Origin: the human T2T-CHM13v2.0 reference genome, Homo sapiens
DNA: 64,000 bases
Assembly: GCF_009914755.1 (NCBI RefSeq)
Contig: NC_060930.1
Strand: one strand, 5' to 3'
The notes beneath the pieces were generated by a model. It did no database searches. It was given only the letters and a program-made list of their open reading frames with translations, and was not told the origin of the DNA. Of the stretch, positions 1 through 11,929 are shown piece after piece (position 1 is the stretch's first letter; each line of letters begins with the position of its first letter). A program made the translations under genes and the position numbers.

Positions 1-233
1 TTAAAGACTGACAAGTGATCATTTACTAAACATGATATTTTTAAAACCCTCAATCTAATCCTTTTTCATAAGGTAATTTATTTCATAATTTGCTTTATGA
101 GTTCAAATGTAACTCAGCAGTAATCTAAAGTAAGGCAGTGTTTATTTTACTTATTTTCTCAAATTGAGGTGCATCATCATGTTATGTTTGTTTAATTTCT
201 GCTTATATTTTTGTTATACACATAAAAATTATT

Positions 234-552
<319 letters not shown>

Positions 553-634
553 TTATCACAAGCATCACAAGCAGAAGTTGTTTTTTGTTTGTTTGTTTTT
601 GTTTTTGTTTTTTCATCTTAAAAGAACCCTGCCT

Positions 635-790
635 GGTAGGTATCACTTTTCCTGTTATATAGATGAAGAAACTGAGTATCAGAGAGGTGGAAAAAAAATG
701 ACACATCCTTTATTTCCCAGTAGGTAGAAGTGTCAATAATCACTCCCAAGTGTTTTTCTTGTCAAAGTAGAAATTTTCCACTATATCATA
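635..790 (-). mobile_element. MIR SINE fragment
   Basis: Core atagatgaagaaactgagtatcagagagg matches the reverse-complement MIR core. Confidence 0.65.
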
Positions 791-1739
791 AATTGTCTTA
801 ATTGAAGATCAAAGATAACTTGAATTTAATTTTTTGCCCATGTTTGTTTTGTATTTAAGAAACATAAGATTATCCCAAGTCTATTGGGAGAAAAAGGTGA
901 TTACGTTAATCAAAAGAAAAGTCACTTTAAAGAGTCACAGGAACACTATTTTTTAACCAGAAGCTGTTTTAGACATGACACTAATAACTTTCCTTAATTA
1001 AAAAACTTATCAAGCTTTATGAAAAATATTTAAGAAACACGATCTAACTAAAAAATGGTTCTTATTGATAATCTAAATGTAGTTAACTCACAAGTTTGCA
1101 TGTGTGGTAAGTATTAATCCCTCTTTTCTTAATATTTTTAAGATCTCATTTATATCTGCAGAAATAAAGGCCAAGTCTAGATGGCAGGTCAAACTTTTTA
1201 CTAAAGTTTGAAAATAGCGCCTACAGTTTTTTGAAAACCATTCGAACTGCTGGAATATTTGGCAATATTTGACATCGTCATATAATGAGTCAACCAAAAT
1301 GGTTATGATTATTTCAGTGCTTGCAAAGATTTCAGGCTAGAAAATCTTCCCCAAACCTCTCTTAATTGGACAAAAATTTATAATGCTCCTAGGAGTATGG
1401 AATCACCATAACTGAATATATAAATCTGAACAGATCTATGTCTGTCAGCAGACACAGAATATTTCCAGATAATATTTTCATGTATATACATTTTTGGCCT
1501 CAAACATTAATAGTAGTTCAATAGACTTAAGAACATAAATCTGTCCCCAGTACCCAAAATAAAGTATATGCCTCAAATTACATTTTAGTGCCATAAATAT
1601 ATTATTAATCATTAAACTAGGAAAGAATGAAAAAAGTTTCAAAAATGTGCAGCCATTGAATTTTTGTTCCGAATATACAAACATCACTTCGTTGTATCAT
1701 CAGTAGCCTGAGACTTAATTAGAATTGCAAAAAAACATA

Positions 1740-1880
1740 TACATCACTTAGTCCAACTCCTTAATTTGAGAGACAAGGAAACTGGGCCCAGGGAAAGAAA
1801 GCTTACCCAGATTCAGTTGAGGTTAAAGTGGAATTCAAATCTAGGTATCTAGATTCACAGTTTAATGCACTTCCCAGAAG
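1740..1880 (-). mobile_element. MIR SINE fragment
   Basis: gacaaggaaactgggcccaggg...gaattcaaatctaggtatct is a MIR-like core and tRNA-derived part. Confidence 0.55.
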
Positions 1881-4751
1881 CAGAAAAGATATAAATAAAC
1901 TTATGTAATTTCATCTGGCAACCAAATTCAGACACTGAGTAGAACTTTAAGGATAGTCCTGAGTTTGCTGTTTTATCATATTCAAAAGCACCTACCATAA
2001 CAAGTGGATAACTAAACAACATTATAATCGCAGGATGAACATTATTTTAATTATTTAAGCATATTATAAACAAACTTCAAACTACATTATTCAAGAACTC
2101 TTCTGAGTAACAATCAACTGAAATCATTCTCATTGAAAACACACAGCACAAACAAGTGAAATAAAACAAACTACAATGGACCCCCCAAAAACCCCAAATA
2201 AACATCCAACTAGTACTTTCAACCCCACAGCCTTCAATTCTACATGAAGCACTGTCAATTGAGCACTGATTTGCCTGTATCACCAATCAAAATGCAAAAT
2301 AAATCATTGTGAAATCTCATTGGTTTATACTACTGCCTTTATATATATTAGCTTCCGGAAAATCATTCTGAAGAACTGAATCATCTGTATCATTTTTACT
2401 ACTCACTCAGGCTTGACACTGTCTGCACAGTACTGACTGAAATGTACTTTGCACCTTCTTTCCAAATGAATATCTATGTCAGGTTTATTTACAGCCACTC
2501 CCTTCAATCAGTGCATTCTCAGGTATGAGAAATAAAATAATCTCAACCATACTCTTCTATAGAGATCTGAAACTAAGCGTGGACATCTTGGCAACTGGCC
2601 TTTGGAAAGATAATGAAAGATCTATACCATAAAATATACATTAAGATTATTGAGATTCCAAGAACAATCATCTTACACTCTTTAATTAGCACATGTAAAG
2701 AGCCCCAGGTACAGAGAGCTAATATAAAACCTATGCACCCTTTTGCATAACTCTTTAGGTACTCCAAGATTATTATAACCTCCTCCATTCTCTTTTCCTC
2801 ATTCTGATTTCTCTGAAATTTGGGTAACCTCTTTGTTTCTTACTTAGATGTTTTTCTCTATTTAGGAGCTTTTCCTTCTAATTCTTTACAAAAGCAGGGC
2901 ATGCTTCCCCCTGCTGGGAAAAAATCAAATTACAAGGTACATCAGAACATGTTCCTAAGTATTATATCAAGAAATCAAGTTCCTAGGAAAGATAAAATGT
3001 TAAGGAACCAAGTGCATTCTCTGACTGTTTTACCAGCCACAGAAATACTTATGCACTCTGTTAAGAGTTTCTTGTATGCATTTATTTAGCTTGGCCGTCT
3101 TCAAGTACAATAACTCATATTAATGACTGATGAATTAATCTTTGAGCCACTTGTCTCAAATAGAACTCCAATTAGCGGGTCAGAGAGAATGATCAATTTG
3201 TAACTTTTTTTTCACTTTAAAGACATATTATAAGCTACATAAAGAAAATTCTGGAAAATATATTGAAGACTATTCAAAATATATTAAAGATACTGAAGAC
3301 TGGTAAGACTTGCCTTTTAAATCATTTCAAACAATCTTAAACATCTATTAACACATTATTTTGCTATTATTTTTATGTAGTTGTCTTTTTTGGGAAAGTA
3401 AAAAAAGTTCGTTTTTATTGACTTTACTTTTCCACTTTAATTTATATTTTTTTTCATTCAGTAACCAAGAAAGTAGTAGGCATAATTGTATTTCACCTTC
3501 CCACTTATCTATAAAACTAGCTTTTTCCCTGAAAACAGTTTAGTTATTTCACATGTTCCATGTTTTGAATATAAATCTTTTCCTAATTGTTTAGTATTTA
3601 AACATAGAAAAATACCTTACACTTCATTGTTAATATAAATAACAATTCATAAATTAAAAAATATAGCTAATGCCTATTTAAATCATATATTGAGGAGCAG
3701 AATTTATTCTTCCTTGGTACAACTAAGTCTCAAAAAAATCTTTTAATACTGAGGAGCTTGGGTAGAGGAAGTTATCCGTTTTAGTTTTTTGCTGTATGTA
3801 AGTCCATAACAAACTTAGCTACAAAACTGCATTGTAACCAATTTGATGATGAAGCAATTCATTATTAATGAAGCATTCATCTAAAAAAAATCTGCAGATG
3901 TTTTAAAAAGGCATGGGTAAGTAACTACAGATACCATAGGTGTCTTTAGTATTTAGATGGCATTATTATAACATAAATGGAGTAATTCGGTTAATAAAGT
4001 TCATGTGTCTTTTTTCAAAAAAAAACCTTTCAAAGCAATGCAAAAAACAAGACATATGTGTTCCTCTAGGAATGAAATCCCCTTTAACATTACAGGTACA
4101 CAAAAGAAAATGCACACTTGGTAAAACAGTTGATCAATTATAGAGTGTTCCCAGGGACCAATATCTCACAGAGTACCCAATCATCACACTTCAAATAAAT
4201 GTATAAGCACTTTAGCCTTTACTTACCACATTAACATACATATAAGAACATGCATAGTTTAATGCATAGGTTAATTCTAACACTTTCCATAGGATAGACT
4301 TTGATTAAAGGGTATCAAAAATCACTTCCTAAATGCAGCAAAAAATAAAAATAAAAATACCGATCTGTAGCTACGAAGCTCTTAGAACACTACATTGATC
4401 ACCATTTACTTCCAAACTGCTTTCCCTTCCCTCTGCGAAGTGAAAATGTCCCTGTAGACGGCGTTACATACACTTTATGGTTTCTCTATCAATGATCCTA
4501 ACAGGTCACATCGCCACTGCCATTAGATCTCCGTAGCTTTGGTCTTCTCCAAATTAAGACGTGGAGAAGGAGCACTGCTGTCCGCCCCAAGAACGGGGTC
4601 TGTCCGCCCGAGCTCTAAGGCGAGCATCTTCAGGGGGACAGTTTCTGCGAAGGCGGGGAGAGGAGTCCCTCCCCAACTTCACTCCCCTAATCAAGCCGCG
4701 GGTGAGATAGGCAGCCGGCGGTTTGTGCCCATCTGTGGGGGCAAGTCCTAC

Positions 4752-4842
4752 CTTCTGCCAAAAGGCGCGACGCATGCACAAAAGATGGATCCAGGCTATC
4801 TTTCTCTGCCATCAGCTCAGGCAAATATTTCTCCTCTTCCAT
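4752..4842 (-). CDS. KHDRBS2: First coding exon of KH RNA binding domain containing, signal transduction associated 2 (SLM-1); start of the QUA1 dimerisation region
   Basis: Manual minus-strand translation from the ATG at 4842 (gcgctATGG, G at -3 and +4) gives [30 protein letters not shown] plus 1 nt, which I recognise as the KHDRBS2 N-terminus. It ends at the donor GAAG|GTAGGA (intron starts at 4751). 91 nt, phase 1. Confidence 0.97.
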
Positions 4843-5120
4843 AGCGCGGACTTCGGATTGTCCCCGGGCGAAGCGCGAGGTTCCGCTCGCTCGGACGCAG
4901 GCAGGGTCTTGGGGCAGCGCCTGGCTCCCGCGCTGCTCCTCCTCCGCGCGGCGAGGGATCTCTGTGCGTCCTCACTGGCCCATGCACCCAGCACCTGCGA
5001 CTCCCGCCGTCGGGCTGCGTGGCCCCGCGCCCACACCTGCCCGTCCCTTCCGTCGTCCCTCGCTCGCGCAGAGCCCCGGCTCACACCAGCGGCCTTAACT
5101 GGAGAGGCGGGAACAGGACG
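4843..5120 (-). other. KHDRBS2: KHDRBS2 exon 1 5' UTR (GC-rich leader; TSS approximate)
   Basis: GC-rich sequence directly upstream of the ATG with no obvious acceptor. The upstream limit is inferred from the GC/CCAAT boxes at 5101-5205. Confidence 0.65.
4972..4983 (-). promoter_or_regulatory. Upstream ORF (ATG GGC CAG TGA, Met-Gly-Gln-stop) in the KHDRBS2 leader
   Basis: Reverse complement of 4972-4983; ends 129 nt before the main ATG and is in frame with it. Confidence 0.6.
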
Positions 5121-5208
5121 CGGCCCACCTCCGCCAACCACTCATTGGTGGTGGTGCCAGGAGAGGCGGGGCGCTGGCAGAAGGCCGCGGGCTCTCATTG
5201 GGCGGTAG
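5101..5208 (-). promoter_or_regulatory. Proximal promoter: two GC-box (Sp/KLF) plus CCAAT (NF-Y) modules
   Basis: ggagaggcggg at 5101-5111 and 5160-5170; ctcattgg (CCAATGAG on minus) at 5141-5148 and 5194-5201; no TATA box seen. Confidence 0.7.
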
Positions 5209-6334
5209 CGCAAGTCGGGTGGCCTGACTGGCAGGAGGCAGCTGCAGAGGGGAAGGGAGCTCGGAAGATGCAAACGCTTTCTTCTTGCGCCCAAGCCTTC
5301 CCTGGCTATTAGGCATGCCCAGTTTTGTGGAGTTCTCTGTGTCTTCAGCTAAGGCGCAGAGGAGAGAGAGCGCGGGAAAAGCGCAGGTTAAAGAGAGAGG
5401 TCTGAGTACAAGTGGACAGGGGAGATGGAGATGAGAAGTGAGCCACCCGAGAGGGTGGAAAAGCGCCAGGGAAAGTCTCAGGAAGGTAGATGGGACTTCA
5501 CCTGCGTCCCTAAGGCACAGGTGTCTCCTTTCCCTCACACAGCTCAGGCGCACTCCAGTTGTGCAGGAATCAGCAGCGCACTGGGTCTGGAAATACAATG
5601 AAGACTGCATGTGATCGGCAGCTGGTATTTCCGATGACCTACATCTCAGGGACGCAGTAGGATGTTCATTGATAAACAAATAAAGCGGCTCGAAGAAATA
5701 TTGTGCAGAGACATGATTGAGGTGTACAATCATTAGGATATTGAATTAGTTCTGGTAACCTATCCGTGCCTCCTTTCCCCAGACCCTATCTGTGGAAGGG
5801 AGGTTGGGAGGGGCTGAATTTAAAAACCAAAAACAATATGATTCATTAGTCACAGTTTGTGAAAGAATTGGGAAGACATGTAGAAGAAAGAAGAGACTAG
5901 AAAATAGGTAACCACGTTTGCTCTAATTTTCCCCTTTCTCCTAGTTTTAGATGTGCCAGTCTCTTTCACCAGGTACTGTTGCTGAGCTACTTTGTATTAT
6001 CCCACCTCTATTTAAAGGAAAGTTAAACCCTCATGATATCACCAAGCGTGGAGGCAAAGCCCATCCTTCTTTTACCAATGCGGCTATAAAATGTAACTTG
6101 CATGCCTCAATCGCTAGGAAACAATCTTTCCCCAAGTCTTGGGTTCTCGTTTCATAAGTAGTCATTTCCTGATTCTTCTCTCCCCCATTATTTTTGGTGT
6201 GGAAGAATGAGGGCCAACTTTGCTACAAATAAAATGTGCTGAAATTTTTCCAACTTATCTTACTGTATTTAAATATTTTCCTTTTAATTTTTAGATAAAT
6301 TCGGGAGATTAACTTTTATTTGTATAATGTTTAA

Positions 6335-6530
6335 ATAACGTAACGTGCCTCACATTGATTATTTCAATACGTCCTCACAGAAGCACTCTGAAAAATGCCA
6401 GCCAAGTATTACTTTCTCTGTTTGTATAAATATGGAAACTGAGGCAAAACAGAGAAATCGTCTCATGTCTAGTTAATGCTGAAGTTGAGATTAAAATTCA
6501 ATTCTATATTAGCACCATTTATATCCAGAA
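6335..6530 (-). mobile_element. MIR SINE fragment
   Basis: tcctcacagaagcactctg...ggaaactgaggc core. Confidence 0.6.
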
Positions 6531-6579
6531 TATACTGCTTCAACCTACCTTTCTGTGTGTTATATATTTAATTTATTTG

Positions 6580-7140
6580 TGCATGTGTGCATTCAACAAA
6601 TGTTTATTGGATACTGAAAAGAGTCTAGGGACAGTACTTAAAATTGGAGAAACATTGGTGAATAAGATACATACACATTCATTCCTTGTCATCACAAAGA
6701 TGTTTTCTAATGGGAGAAGATAAATAAAACCAAGTATACAAGAGGAATGGTAATTGTTGACTGCAATAAAGGTCAAGAATGAACCAAGGAGTTAAGAAAG
6801 AGAATACAAGGGAAGACATTAGTTTATTTATTTTTGACTAGGGTAAACATACAATCTCGATAAGCAGCTGATATTTACGGTGAAAACTCATGGAAAAGAA
6901 TGAACCAAGTGAGTACAATGTGCAAAGAAAGACATTCCAAGCAGGGGAACTTGCCCCTGAAAAAGCCCTGTGGTGGAAAGAACTGTGCTGTCTTTTGGAA
7001 TTGACTGAGGTCAATGTGACTACTGTAATATGGGAAAGAATGGAATCAATAAGGGAGGGGGGATTGATGTGTACAAACACTGAAGATTTGATGAATGAAA
7101 ATTATTTGGATTTTATTCTAAGTGTAATAGGGGACCATAA
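6580..7140 (-). mobile_element. L2 LINE 3' fragment
   Basis: cattcaacaaatgtttattg (L2 3' end) followed by degenerate L2-like sequence (acattccaagcagggg...aaagccctgtggtgg). Confidence 0.65.
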
Positions 7141-8670
7141 AGTATTGGTATCTTTCTGGATGTGCTTCTTAATCTCTTTCTGATTCTTATGTTACTTTCA
7201 AAGGAGCTATTATTTAGAATTGAGTATATATACAGAAAGTTCTTGCTATTTTATCTGTGTGCAGAATGTTTAGTAGTTGAAGGGTCATGCATCCTGCACC
7301 TGGTCTGCAACAGGGATATAAAGGGAAAATATGCTTCAAACTTAAAAGAGGTGGCTACGATTTGCTATGGTAGTAAAGGGTGAATACGATGCCAACCACA
7401 GGCAAAAAACTGTAAATGTTTTCGAATAAATGTAAATTAGAACAAAATATTTTACAATTACAATAACATTTTGCTTTGCAGCATATCAAGACATTAAAAG
7501 CATATGGTGAGGATGGAGACGTGCAGAAACCCAGTTTCATGAATGAAGAAGGTGTAGTAACTCTTATAATGTCCAGCAACAACAACTACTTTATTATTCA
7601 CAGCCATCTTTTCCATGATTACAGGATTAATAAGAAGATACCACAGCGAGCTGTCCAAGTGCTGACTTTATTATACAATGTCTTCAAGTCATTATAAATA
7701 CAGTCAAGTTAATATTTTCTAGTTATTATCAAAACTAAAGATTTATTATTTGTAGTTCTTCAGGTAATCCCTCATCAAATGCCTAAAATGTATTCTAACA
7801 AAGCAATATATTTATGCAACTTAAAAAATCAAAAGAAAATAAACTCTAACATAATCTTTAGAAAAGTTTGTGTACTTACTACATGATGGACATTGTAAAA
7901 TAAAGATATATAAGTATATTGACCCTTAAAAATCAATATGCTTCAGAATTATCTCACAAAATGTTGCCTATTTTTAAACAGAATATGACTAAATAAAGGC
8001 AAACACCAAGGGCCCTACATATACACTCATCCAGCATCAGATCCACGTGTTTTCAATAGATGGCTCTGTGTTACTGCATGTTCTCCATTTATTTCACATG
8101 CAAATATTTTACAGGTACAACATTATCCTTTAATATTCTCAGAGAAACCTTGAAAATGCAAACATTTTATAAACATAAATGTAAACAGAAAAACTTTAAA
8201 AAATGATTGTTGAATATAGAATATTTTGTGTCTACCCTTGAATAAATTATAACTGCTGTTTAACCCACCTCTTCTAATGATATGAATAACCTAAATCACC
8301 ACTGAATTGATTTGCCTAACTTAAGTAAAGATTTATCTTATTTTAAACATGACTTCTAGCCCCAAAACATTTTTAATGGAGTTCTAGTAACTTTAACATT
8401 ATTTTTAAAATGGGATATTATAGAAAATTTTGCCCCAACCACATTTGGTTTTGAAGGATGAATAAGTCATGCACCATAGAATATGTTCTGTGGTTAAAGC
8501 ACAAACTGTATATTCAATATTTTCACACACCCTTGTAAGAAAGGTCAGGCTAAAGGGCATTTAATCAGACTAATCCTTGCAAACTAATAAAAAAATACCC
8601 AGCCTGCATTATCAAGTAGAGCACAGTTTCTGTTGCTTCCAGAGTTCTTATTAACTTTATGGATACCACA

Positions 8671-8733
8671 TTAGCTACTCTTGACTAGTTACTCCAAGGA
8701 TTAACTAACTCTTGACTAGTTACTCAAAGGATT
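8671..8733. repeat. ~31-bp tandem duplication
   Basis: actcttgactagttactc(c/a)aaggatt at 8677-8702 and 8708-8733. Confidence 0.9.
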
Positions 8734-9197
8734 CAGTAAAACCAACTCACAATAAGAACCCTATGTTTCCAAAATTGTCCTGGCCCAATAATTTACATAA
8801 TGATAATGGAGAATGATGGTGTTAATATTCTTTTAGCAATCTAATGCCTTGGTGCCTAGAACAGAGTATAATAAACTATAATAAAGGACTGGCCCACTTA
8901 TATTTACTGTAGAGCCCAACAGAACTTATTATATAAAAGATGCTATTTTAATATCTTAATTTCTTTGAATTTCACTAACTACACAAGTGAAATCAGTTCC
9001 AGTTTCTTTTAGAACTTCTATGTTATACTTTAGGATTGTAAGAAAAGACAAGGAAATGAGGACTTGGCTCTGCTGATGACCAATAGTGGTAATTGCATGT
9101 GTAGTAAGAAATTTCTAATATGTAATATGCTCAAAGATAAAATTTATGCTATATGATAATATATCATAGTACCACATAAATATTCACCACTTAAAGC

Positions 9198-9198
<1 letters not shown>

Positions 9199-9227
<29 letters not shown>
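9199..9227. repeat. (TG)n microsatellite
   Basis: About 14 TG units. Confidence 0.95.
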
Positions 9228-9232
<5 letters not shown>

Positions 9233-10219
9233 AATTAGAAAGCATTCTAGTTATTTAATAGCATATTATATTTAAACTGATACAAATATATAATTAAAGA
9301 ACAACAGAATAGAGACAGAAAGAAAATTATTGACATTTGTTGAGGGTCTGCTACTGTGTTAGAACACTGCTGTTCTGAATCCTCACAAGTGGGAGGAAGG
9401 AAGGAAGGCCAAGGAAGAAACTGTTCTTAATTCTAATGTGGCTTAGCCCAGAGAAACTATTTCTGAGGTTTAAATTATCTGTGTTTGAAAAACTAACAGA
9501 GTTGATGTCCTTGTATCTCCATGAACAATTGTTGCACTGCCACATTTTGGGTGGCACTCATAGCAGCTGAGGAGCAGTACTTCATTAGAGGAAATGGGAA
9601 TGGGGCTGTTGTTCCAAGGTGAAAGCTATTTACTATATTCTTAAAATTAAATCCTTGAATTGTAGCTCAAGTATGGATTATTTCTGGAGATCAATATGTT
9701 AAGGTAAAAATCACATCAGTAAAATATATTTTTCTTACACATCAAATGAAGATCTAATCTCTGTTGTATTCAGTATGCAATAAAAATATGAAGGCTAGGA
9801 GACGATTTAATAAAAATGATAATAAAGTACGTTAAAACTTTTGCCAGACAGGCAGATGTATAAGCAATTGTTTTATATCATGAATAATACAAAAAAGGAA
9901 GCATGGATTAAATTTCAATTTAATTTGGAGGTTAATTGAAAAATTAGAAAACTATTAATATTGAAATAGTATTTTAAGAGAATACCATCCCATTCAAGTT
10001 TTTATATTACAACAGACACTTGTTTGGTATAAGTTTTTGTCATTCTGGTCTCTCACATTTAAAGACATTACCACGCATATAACAATCATTATGAAATCTA
10101 CTGTATAAAATAGTTCGTACAAAGCAATTGCCAGGCATTTTAAGAGAATGATAATAAAATTAGAATATACAGTTCCAAATTTAAGAGTTTATCAGTTTCA
10201 AGAGAAGAAAACAAAATAA

Positions 10220-10780
10220 TAAAATCAAAGACACATACATTGTATGTGATGCTTGGTGATAGACTGTGTGACCATCCAACCAGCACAGAACTAATAAATA
10301 TCATAAAAATTATCCCAATACATTGAAAACAAATACAAGTGTAATATTGGATTATATCCTAGATCAGATTTTGTTTTTATTTTTATTTTTCATGAGAAAG
10401 AAAATTAGTGAGTTAATTTGTTAAATGTAAAAAAGGTCTGTTGTTTAAATTTACTGATTTTGCTGATGTACTGTGATTATATAAATGAATGTATGAGTTT
10501 TTAGAAATACACGATAAAGCATTCAATGGGTAAATGGGCATCAGATCAGCCACTTACTTTCAAATAATTAAGAAAAAAAATAAATGTTTATGGATACACA
10601 TAAAGGAGGTGGGAGGGAGAGAGACATAAAAAGACAGAAAAAATGGCAACTTACAGTAAGTATGGTGAAATATTAACACTTGAAGAAGTTTGATAAGGGG
10701 TATATTTAAACTTTCTGTATTATTTTTTGCAACATTTTTGTAAATCTGAAGTTATTGCAGAATATAAACATAATTTTAAA
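10220..10780 (+). mobile_element. Old L1 (L1MC-like) 3' UTR fragment
   Basis: Degenerate L1MC 3' motifs (ttggattatatcctag, aaatgggcatcagatcagccacttactttcaaat, tttgcaacatttttgtaaatctgaa). Confidence 0.55.
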
Positions 10781-11151
10781 ATTAGCTAGTTATTAACAAA
10801 AATAACTTCAAAGTATTTTATCCACACTTCAGTTTAAGTATCATATTTTACTAGCCAGCCATGGAGTTCATAAGTCCATATTTATATTATATAACCTTTG
10901 TTATAGTGTGAATTGAGTTCAGAAATTTGGCCACAAAATGATAAATTTTGTTTAAAAAACATAACTTTACATATCTTACGGAAAATACCAACCACACGTG
11001 TGTAAATTACCTATTTATCTTTTTTTCCAAATAAAGGATAATACAAATAATTGTGTTGGCTCAATTATTTCTTTTAAAAATCCCAATGGCATCGATTTGT
11101 CAAACAATAAACCATTTATTTTGAAGAGATATAAGAAGTAACTACAGTTCT

Positions 11152-11468
<317 letters not shown>

Positions 11469-11855
11469 AGAAGTAACTACAGTTACATTTTAATTATAGA
11501 TGTAAACATGGGACAAAAGCTATAGTTTACATGCTTCTTGTATATGATCTTGGGCTTTGAGTGTTATGATATCCCTGCATTTCTGATTTTACCCTGTATC
11601 TTCTAAATGCTTTCATTCAGTTTGTTAGCTGCCATAGACAAAGTGTATTTTTTTTTCTTCTATCATAATGTGCTCTACATGTCCTTGAATGCATTCAGTT
11701 GGCTAGTTCAGAACCTAGGTGGAGGAATGGAATAGAGCAAAGTAACAAAAGTTATTCCTGTCTTATTGTGACAAAAGTTTATCATTGTGGCAAATGTTTA
11801 GAAGCAGTAAATACTGCTGTATTATTGTGACCAAAGTTTGGGAGCAGTCACCCCA

Positions 11856-11860
11856 TAGAT

Positions 11861-11911
<51 letters not shown>

Positions 11912-11929
11912 TATGCACACACACACACA
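11856..11929. repeat. (GATA)n tetranucleotide repeat followed by a short (CA)n
   Basis: About 12-13 AGAT units, then cacacacacaca. Confidence 0.95.

Larger units (their letters stand above)
4430..5700. promoter_or_regulatory. CpG island promoter of KHDRBS2
   Basis: Sharp rise in GC and CpG density (core about 4560-5300) against a very AT-rich background; spans exon 1. Confidence 0.9.

Noticed and set aside
4539-5312. Several overlapping 75-161 aa ORFs on both strands
   Set aside because: CpG-island artefacts. The real exon is a different minus-strand frame missed by the track; ORF 4554-4781 is out of frame and runs through the donor.
5095-5733. 212-aa minus-strand ORF upstream of KHDRBS2
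   Set aside because: Lies across the promoter CpG island; no recognisable domain; low-complexity L/P/S/A composition expected of stop-poor GC-rich DNA.
7467-7697. Acceptor-like ttttgctttgcag followed by a 73-aa frame
   Set aside because: No convincing donor, no recognisable protein similarity, non-ATG start.
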